Below, piece after piece: positions 54,640-62,755 of a stretch of DNA of 64,000 nt (positions are counted from its first letter, which is position 1; each line of letters starts with the position of its first letter). Origin of the DNA: an uncultured Hormoscilla sp. (lineage in GTDB: Bacteria > Cyanobacteriota > Cyanobacteriia > Cyanobacteriales > Desertifilaceae); NCBI GenBank assembly GCA_963921275.4, contig OZ001293.3:1952001-2016000 (forward strand). The letters run 5' to 3'. The notes under the pieces are model-generated. The model was not told the origin of the DNA. It saw only the letters and a list, made by a program, of their open reading frames with translations, and ran no database searches. The translations under genes and the position numbers were made by a program.

Positions 54640-55000
54640 GTGCGATTCGTTCTAGCCTAACGTAGTAATACGGAACGCTAGCCTAGGAAACTAGGAACTC
54701 TGGTATTCATGGGGTTAAATTCCCTCTCCCCAAGTACGGGGGTAACCGCGTGAGGTGCTGTGGAGTAACATCACTATTGGTGCTCAGCGAGGACTTAAAT
54801 GTAGGATAGCTGGCAGCCATAGCTGGTGACACCGCGCTTGTTAGATACCCAAGGTTAGAATAAACGAACTTATGTAAGCCTCGTTATGTAGAACCGGTGA
54901 AATAAGGCTGTATACACCGGAGACAAAAGTCAACGTAGCTAGTGTTAGTTGTCGCTCGTAACTAACATCGTACTCGAAAAGCTACCGGGGTAGAGTAGGA
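54640..55000 (+). ncRNA. Group II intron, 5' (domain I) fragment, copy 3
   Basis: Starts GTGCGATTCGTTCTAGCCTAACG; colinear with copies 1 and 2; ends at the REP cluster. Confidence 0.85.
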
Positions 55001-55002
55001 AC

Positions 55003-55175
55003 CTAAAGGCAGAGCCTCTAGAGGTGCGTTCCCTGCCGGAGTCAGGGAACGAGGACAAATGCTTTTGTCTGGTTCGGAGGCTCTGCCTTGGAACCCTCTC
55101 GGGAACGAGGACAAATGCTTTTGTCTGGTTCGGAGGCTCTGCCTTGGAACCCTCTCGGGAGGCAGAGCCTCCCGA
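55003..55175. repeat. REP cluster downstream of the RAYT gene
   Basis: GAGGCAGAGCCTC, GTTCCCTGCCGGAGTCAGGGAACGAG, GGTTCGGAGGCTCTGCCTTGGAACC x2. Confidence 0.8.
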
Positions 55176-55190
55176 GCGCTTTAACAAAGC

Positions 55191-55724
55191 TTAAGCGTCG
55201 ATTAAGTCTATTTCCAGCAATGCCTCTCCACCGAAGTAATTACGGTAACTAGAGTAGCGCCAATGAGCTGGCTCGTCAATATAGCCTCGCTTAACGGGAT
55301 TATTGTGAATGTACTCCAGTTTTTGCCTGAACATCTCTTCACTTAAGATAGCTTGGGGGTGAAAGCTTTCCTGCCAAAGCTGATATTTTTGATGTTTTTT
55401 ATAAGCAGGTTTTGAGGATTTGAGGAGATTCAAAATATGGTAGCTTTTGTTTTCTATAAGCCAGTCAATAATTGACCGATCTGTAAATGATTTGAAGTTA
55501 CCAATTTCTTTAGATAGGTTATCAGCTTCCGCAATCAAGTGCAGATGATTCTCCATGATTACATAGCCGTACAAGGCTAAACGCTGCTGACGAAGCATAA
55601 ATTTCAGGGAGTCGATAATTATCTGAGCTAATTCCGGTTTGCTGAAGATGGGAATCCAGTTAACTATAGTGCAGGTGAGAAAGTGAGGCTGATTTTCCAG
55701 TACGCGGTAGCGTGAACGTCCCAT
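55191..55724 (-). CDS. REP-associated tyrosine transposase (RAYT, Y1 HUH), apparently intact
   Basis: HFLTCT, YVIMENHLHLI (HUH), FKSFT, LWQESFH, KLEYIHNNPV (catalytic Tyr), WRYSS. Confidence 0.9.
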   Translation of the reverse strand: MGRSRYRVLENQPHFLTCTIVNWIPIFSKPELAQIIIDSLKFMLRQQRLALYGYVIMENHLHLIAEADNLSKEIGNFKSFTDRSIIDWLIENKSYHILNLLKSSKPAYKKHQKYQLWQESFHPQAILSEEMFRQKLEYIHNNPVKRGYIDEPAHWRYSSYRNYFGGEALLEIDLIDA

Positions 55725-55828
55725 TGCGATTTATTATACTGCGAACGGTTAGGAACTGCGCTTATTCTAGCAGCCAATATGTCATTGCGAGGGGGGGAGG
55801 ATAATTTTCCGATACCCTGGTTCCGAGG

Positions 55829-57401
55829 CCTTGTCATTACCCACATTTTTTCAAGTAATCTTTGTGGCAAGCTCTACACCTATGCACAAGTCTTGGAACC
55901 TCCGCCAGCCCCGCCGTCTGCCAGCCAGGGTTACCATCTCCAGAACGACCAATGAAACCACCTTTCGCGAACGATACTTTTCCAAAATTCTGCGGTTGTC
56001 AAATTATCATCGGGTAAATTGAGATGCGCTACTAACACTTTTAAGCACTTGATGGGAATCAACTTAGAAGCTGGAAGTTCTGGAGTAGTACGGCGCTCGA
56101 TTACGTAATTGCAACAACCGCTCCTGATACAATTGCCAAAAATCCCAATAATGCTAATAACCCTGATGCTGTCTCTAGCTGCCGTTTCTCTATGGCACAA
56201 CCAGTCTTCATGCATTTGTGATATTCGCACAATTTTCCAACTATACCAGTCTAATTGTTGTAAAGCATCCTCCGCATCTTGCACCTTCACAGTTGTAAAT
56301 AAAATCCATTCTAATCCATCATCAACTCCCGCTTCCCAACAACGAATGCACCATCCTGAGATGGTTTCTTCTTTTGAATAAGGACTGTCTAATGGTGGGT
56401 GAATGGTCAGCCCAAGCCACTTCCAACTTGACTGTACGTTGGGGTTCTCCATTACGACCACGTAACACCATCGTTTTATAAGTCATGCTCTCCAGAGTGC
56501 GCATAGGTTTTAAGGTTACTTTTAGTCCCCGAGGCCGTTGTCATTACTCGATGAAGACAAATTCTCACCAAGCCATGCCACCCTAAAGCTTGTGAAGGTT
56601 TAATGTCATCGAATACATCACTCTCTCTATCCCCAACACTCACCCATAACGACCCTGTTGTTGATAACGGAGTCCTACCTATTGACTCCACCATTTCCGC
56701 CCATTTGTCTCCTTCTGTACGAACATTTTCCTTTTTTCGTTGGCGATAGGTTTTTTTCTCTTTTTTTGGCTCTAGACCCATCCAAGTCTCCTGACCTGCT
56801 AGACCTAATATTTCTGGGTTGTCTGGTTTTGGGATAACTGCTAGACTACTATGTACCATTATTCCTCTACCTTTACCATTTCCAATATATCCTATGCCTT
56901 TTATGTCTTGACGCTGACTATAATCTAATTCCGTAGTATCTTGCAGAAACAACACTACTGATGAATCACTTTCTCTAGCCCTCTCAATGGTCTTTTCCCA
57001 ATGAGGTTTACTTAACATGAGTCACATCAGAAGAATTTAACAATCGGTAAGCTGCTATAGCTTGACTCCATTGAGTCATTTGTTCAGGCCTACTGGCTGT
57101 TGGATTAGCTGCCATTGCCGCTCCCACTTTAATAGCTCTTTGTGTGCGACGGCTATCTCCCAAATCACAGGTTGACCATTGGGAAGTGGCCCATTTATTA
57201 ATGTCTATTAACTTCTGCTGGTTCATCATGTGTGATTTTTACTACAATTATTGCCTTGGGTGTGCGGAGACCGGTATACTACCGCAGTATAACGGGGAAG
57301 TGAATCACCTATCACTGGCAGTATCAAGTTCCAGGCGATGTCCCACGTATGTGGGTGAAAACTACCCTATTTCCTAACACAAAATGTGGGTAATGACAAG
57401 G
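55829..57401 (-). mobile_element. IS4-family (IS50/Tn5-like) element with a frameshifted transposase (~55870-57229)
   Basis: 21-bp perfect TIR CCTTGTCATTACCCACATTTT; LGDSRRTQR, AAYRLL, QDTTELDY, VGDRESD, LEWILFTT. Confidence 0.9.
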
Positions 57402-57545
57402 GTTCCTTCGAGGCGATGCCTTGGAACCCCCCTCCGAGGCTCTGCCTCCAGTAGACTCAGCGAGCGCGACAGTGGAGGCAGAGCCTCTAGAGGCCCGTTC
57501 CCTGCCGGAGTCAGGGAACGAGGTTTTCTGGAGGCTCTGCCTCAC
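57402..57545. repeat. REP unit, continuation of the copy split at 55829
   Basis: GAGGCGATGCCTTGGAACC...GAGGCTCTGCCTC...GAGGCAGAGCCTC...GTTCCCTGCCGGAGTCAGGGAACGAG. Confidence 0.8.
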
Positions 57546-57552
57546 TACATTG

Positions 57553-59957
57553 TCAAGGTAAAATTCGCAACTTCAGGCGAACATTTCCACTGACAGACTG
57601 AGGCGCATTCCAGATAGCTAGCGTTTGCCGGATCTCATCCAGCACCGCTTTTGCTTGCAGCGTCGAGACTGTATCATCTAAGATGATTCGCCCCACTCGC
57701 CCATTACTCACGCGAAACTCAAAGACAATTTCCCCACTCACCCAGATGGCAGATCCACCCATCCTAATTCTCGGGTGAGAGAGTCACGCGCCCCTGCATC
57801 CAATCCCGAGGCACTAATCACTTCAATGCGATGATTTTCTGGTGCTAACTCATCTTCAGACTCAAATTGAGCAGATTGCGCCAAAGGCCCTGGTGCAGCA
57901 ACTCTAGCGCTGGTCATTCCCCTGGTAGCACCCCTCGCTGGTGGGCTAGAAGGAAGCTGTCCGCCAACTTGATTTCCTCTTGCCCCCGTGCCATAAATTC
58001 CTTCATAACTGACACCTTCAGGTAACTCCACGGGCACTTTTACCCGCTGCCTGGTGCGATCGGGATTAACTCGCACCTCCTCGCTGACTGCCACAAAAGC
58101 CGTGTAAGGTGATAATAACCGATAGGCTAAAGCTGTTTTCGTCACTGCCGCCACACCAGTTTTGGTCTCGCCGCCAAACATCTGATTCATCAATTCCTTG
58201 ATTCTGGCCCGACCCCATAGCTGAGAGATCGCCTGGTTGTCCCCATTAAAATTCACGCCGATAACTCGATCGTATCTTCTGCCCCCAGCTGTCATACCTG
58301 TAATCCGCAGATTCCCATTAGCCCGATCGCCTTTCCGGCCCAAGATTACCAAAGGCTGTTCGGCAAACAAATCCGGTACCGCTGCCGGATATATTTCCGG
58401 TTGCACCCCGCTTCCTTCCCAACTAATTTGAATATTTGTCAACACGGGATTATTAATTTTGCGGGAAAACTCTGCTGCCACTTCCTGAGTCGGTTCGTCC
58501 TGACGAATCACTTGGGATGTGCCCCTGCCCACTTCCGCCAGGCTATTTAATAAAAAGCGATTCACCGAACTTCCCACCCCAAAGCTATAAAGGCGATTTC
58601 CCGGTTTCAGTCCCTGCTTTACCTGGGTAAGGATCTCATTTTCATTGCCAATATAACCATCCGTTAGCAACAGGATACTCCGCAACCTTCCCGCTGGCGC
58701 CGCTGGTAAATTCAGCACTGCATTAATGCCATTAATTAACTCCGTACCCCCCTTCGCCTTCAGTTGGTTAATATATTCCAGGGCCTGGGCGCGATTTGCT
58801 GGTGTATTCGCCAAGGGGACGGCAGACAATGCCGTAGTCGTATTGGCAAAATCTATAATTGTGAAAGTATCGTCGGCATTCAATTCTTCGATAAACCGGC
58901 GCATCAGTTCCTGGCATTTCCCTAAGGGATCTCCCCGTTGGGAACCGGATGTATCGATCAGGAACACCACATCTTTGGGGACAATTTCTTTGCGCCCATA
59001 GGAGATCGCTGGAATCAGGTAAACTGCAAAATGGCCGCCTTGTTTATCTGCTTGGGTGAGGACTGTTGCTTGAGTATTTTCCCTTGCTACCCGATAGCGC
59101 AGTATCAAATCTTTATTGGGAATTCTGTCTGTTTTTGCCAACTGCACCCGCAGAGTTTCCCCCTGGCGCTGAGTTATAATTTTATGGGAGGGAGAAACGA
59201 CATCATTAATTGGCACCCCCGCATCAATTTCTACTGTTACATTAATATCATGCCCAGATCGGGTGCCTGGTTTCAGCACTGGCACATTAATCCGGGAACC
59301 ATCTGGGACTCGATCTGTATCCCCGACACTGCCGGAGATATGAGCGCCGGGAATATAGCGGGGACCGACTACCATCGGAAACACAAACTCGTAATCCCCT
59401 GCGGCAAATTTGAGATTTTCTGTGTAACTAATTGTTACCTCAATTTCCTCTCCGGGCTTGATATTTGCCAGGGATTGGGTGAAAATATTATCCCGTTCTT
59501 GCTCTAACAGTCCCGCTGTCCGTCCTTCTTCCCGGGCACGTTCGTAGATTTCCTGGGCCTCGTCCCGTTTTTTGATCTCCCCGGAGATCCGGAGATCGCC
59601 TATTTTAATCTCCATATCATGCACCGCTGCTGTATTGGGCAACGGGAAGACATAAACCGCCTCTAAGGCCGTAGTAAAATGATTAGCAAACCGCTGCGTC
59701 ACCTCCACTTGGGAGACATTTCCAGCTACTTTGGCCTTTACCTGGGTATGCTTCAGGGGAAACACCTGTTGATTTTGCTCTTGTGATGGGATAAACAGCC
59801 CACCCACTGGCCGTTCTGCATCCGAGGTCGTTGCCTTCGTCATCTGCGCGATCTCCTGTTGCGATCGGGGTGGCGCTTGGGCCATACTGAAATGAGTAAT
59901 CGTTCCTAATGTCGCCGCGATCGATAGGGTTGCGGGCAGAATCATTCTCAATTTCAT
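57553..59957 (-). CDS. Exported VIT + vWA domain protein; short C-terminal domain out of frame near 57745
   Basis: Signal peptide; VIT (PLKHT.V...EAVYVFPLP..AAV...GLLEQ); vWA MIDAS DTSGS, GGTE, LLTDG; LW.R..I; LLSPYTAFVAV. Confidence 0.9.
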
Positions 59958-60432
59958 CGTTCTTCTCTTGTTCTCAAATGATATCCCATGCCCAACCTCC
60001 CTATATTACACTTTTCCTCTGCACCTATATCCGATCGGGGGTGGGCTGTTCCTCTATCTAGTTTAGCCTATCTTGAGAGCAACTGACTAAATCGCCCCCA
60101 AAAATCTCCTCAGCTATCGCCCATTTAAATTGCATAAAGAGAAAAAAAGCTGTCGCCGGTACATGGTTTCACTCTCTTGCTCCCCAACTTCCTCAATTTA
60201 TGCTATAAGATAGATGTTCGAGCGGGCAACCAGAGAGTAGAGATATGAGAAATCCTGGGCTGATGTTATTTCTGGTCTTGATAGCGATGTGTCTTTTGCC
60301 ATTGACAGTCGGAAACTCTCTTCCACAGCAGGCTGAACCAGCATCGAGGAACGCCGCACCACCTCCCGCGCCAACACTAGAGGAGGTAAAGCTAAGGGAT
60401 TTCCGGCGTTGTTAGAGCGACTAAACGAAGCG

Positions 60433-60518
60433 GCAGAACGGCAAAAGCCAGCGGCGGCAGGCGGCCTCGGCAACCTCACCAGCGGCTTTCGACCGTCCGC
60501 TGCCGTGACCTGTTGGGC
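60433..60518 (-). other. Integron attC-like site
   Basis: GCCCAAC-N5-ACGGCAGC-GGACGG...CCGCC-GCTGGCT-N6-GTTCTGC, canonical R''/L''/L'/R' spacing, 86 bp. Confidence 0.6.
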
Positions 60519-60621
60519 TGCTGACTGGGCAAGATCCTGTCATGGATAGCAAGAAACGGGTGGCATTGAACCACTGCTATCGATACATTGAGAGGTGATC
60601 GATTGACAATGAGCTGACAGC

Positions 60622-61503
60622 ATGAAAACCTTGATAGAAGCCGCAGCTGACGATAGCGAAACCTATGAACGCATTGCCAAAGCGATCGCTTTCATGGGTC
60701 AAAATTATTTGAACCAGCCTGACTTGGAGACTATGGCTCAGCACGTACATCTGAGCAAGTATCACTTTCAGCGATTGTTTACGAAATGGGCTGGTATTAG
60801 TCCTAAGCGTTTTTGGCAATACCTCACGGTTGAATATGCCAAGTCAAAAATTACTGAAGCTAAAAGCCTTTTAGAGCTGACTATGGATGCTGGTTTATCA
60901 AGTCCAGGGCGGTTACATGACCTGTTTGTCAAGCTAGAAGCGATGTCCCCTGGTGAATTTAAGGCAGGAGGCGCGGGGTTGCAGATTTTGTATGGAGTTC
61001 ATGAAACTCCTTTTGGCTATTGCCTGATTGCCACAACAGCCCGTGGCATCTGTAATCTGCATTTCCTGAACGCAATAGACGAACAAGCGGCTGAATATCA
61101 TCTCCGTACAGAATGGGAAAATGCTGAAATTATCTACAATCAGCAGGCAACCAGGGAAATCAGCGATCGCATCTTCCAGCCAGTTGCAGCTAATATTTCT
61201 CCCTTGGTTCTCTATGTTAAAGGAACTAACTTTCAGATTCAAGTTTGGCGCGCGCTTTTGAGAGTTCCGTTTGCAGGCATCACCACCTATAAAGGGTTGA
61301 CAGAATCAATGGGTTATCCAACTGCTGCTAGAGCTTTAGGTAAGGCACTAAGCAATAATCCAGTTGGGTACTTAATCCCGTGTCATCGGGTGATTCGAGA
61401 ATCAGGTGAGTTGGGCGGTTATCGGTGGGGACTAGAACGTAAAGCTGCTCTTCTGGGTTGGGAAGCCAGTCGAAATCAGAATCTAGGAAAGGATCGATCG
61501 TGA
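60622..61503 (+). CDS. AraC-HTH + methylated-DNA-protein-cysteine methyltransferase (Ada-like)
   Basis: HFQRLFTKWAGISP HTH; GTNFQIQVW, IPCHRV, GGYRWG..RK. Confidence 0.93.
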   Translation: MKTLIEAAADDSETYERIAKAIAFMGQNYLNQPDLETMAQHVHLSKYHFQRLFTKWAGISPKRFWQYLTVEYAKSKITEAKSLLELTMDAGLSSPGRLHDLFVKLEAMSPGEFKAGGAGLQILYGVHETPFGYCLIATTARGICNLHFLNAIDEQAAEYHLRTEWENAEIIYNQQATREISDRIFQPVAANISPLVLYVKGTNFQIQVWRALLRVPFAGITTYKGLTESMGYPTAARALGKALSNNPVGYLIPCHRVIRESGELGGYRWGLERKAALLGWEASRNQNLGKDRS

Positions 61504-62355
61504 GAATCTTAGATATCGCTGAAATTTTGCTACTTGCAGCATTGTGGGGTGGATCGCAATACTTCAAGGTTTTGGATTTTATTTGTCATTGCGAGGGGGG
61601 GCTGTGTTCCTCGAGGACATCGTATTCGCACTACGTAGAGCACATCGCGGAGACATCGAAATTTAATTCCACTCGTTGTTGTTGGCTGTATTAATTCTGC
61701 CGTTCCATTTTCACTCCTTGCTTTTGCGTCTGTATCACTACCTGCGGGGTTGACATCTATTTTGAATGCCACAGCACCTCTATTTGGCACCATTATTGCT
61801 TCCGTTTGGCTGAAGGAGAAATTAACCGCCACTCGAATGATTGGCTTCGTTTTGGGATTCACAGGTGTGGTGATTTTGGTTGGATGGAAAGTAATTGCAG
61901 CTACACCTACTTTCTTCCTGGCAGTATCGGCTGGATTATTTGCAGCCTTGATGTATGCGATCACCGCCCCTTATATCAAACAAAATCTAGTAGGTGTTCC
62001 TTCATTAGTCGTCACAACTGTAAGTCAGCTCAGTGCAGCATTCTTACTCTTACCTGCGCTACCGTTTACAGTACCTCAACACACACCGCCCATTGCTGTA
62101 GTGGTGGCGGTGTTTGCTCTGGCTATGCTATCAACAGCCTTTGCCTATATTCTCTATTTCAGACTGATTCAAAAAGTTGGCTCAACTAAAGCCTTAACTG
62201 TCACTTATCTCATTCCCCTATTTGCGATGCTCTGGGGGGCGATCGTACTGAAAGAAGCTGTAACTGTGTCAATGATGTTGGGCTGTGGTTTGGTTTTGTT
62301 GGGTACTGCGATCGCAAACGATATACCCCTAGAGTATCCGTCAAGTAGAAGCTAG
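61500..62355 (+). pseudogene. EamA/DMT transporter disrupted near 61560-61660
   Basis: LLAALWGGS start overlapping the upstream stop; repeat insertion/deletion; then NSAVPF..SILNATAPLF..LTVTYLIP.FA.LWG. Confidence 0.85.
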
Positions 62356-62631
62356 AAACCAGGTTTCTTGCCCAGCTATCAACGAGATATCAATGCTCTC
62401 ATGCCTCGAAACCCGGTTTCTTGACCGACGTTCTAGGAAAGCTACACGCTGCGCTGCAAACCAAAAATTTAATTTGCCGATGCCTTCGGAACCACAAGCG
62501 CTAGTTCAGAATGGCGAAGCGCTCCGGCGTCGCGCCGCTGGGCGATGGGATGGTGTATTCTCGGTAAAGTTCATGTAAAATGGGTGACCAGACCATGAAC
62601 AATTACAGACAACCCTATTGCTAGTTAACCT

Positions 62632-62735
62632 GGCTACCAACGTAAAGCGGGACAAATTTTCCAACCGCGAGCGGCAGAAACCCCTGTGGGCTGGAAGCCT
62701 TGCCTCATGGGCTGTCCCGGCTTAAGTTGGTGGCC
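62632..62735. mobile_element. 104-bp MITE (sister copy at 22069)
   Basis: Same TIRs; perfect 8-bp TSD GTTAACCT. Confidence 0.88.
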
Positions 62736-62755
62736 GTTAACCTAGACAAGAACTG

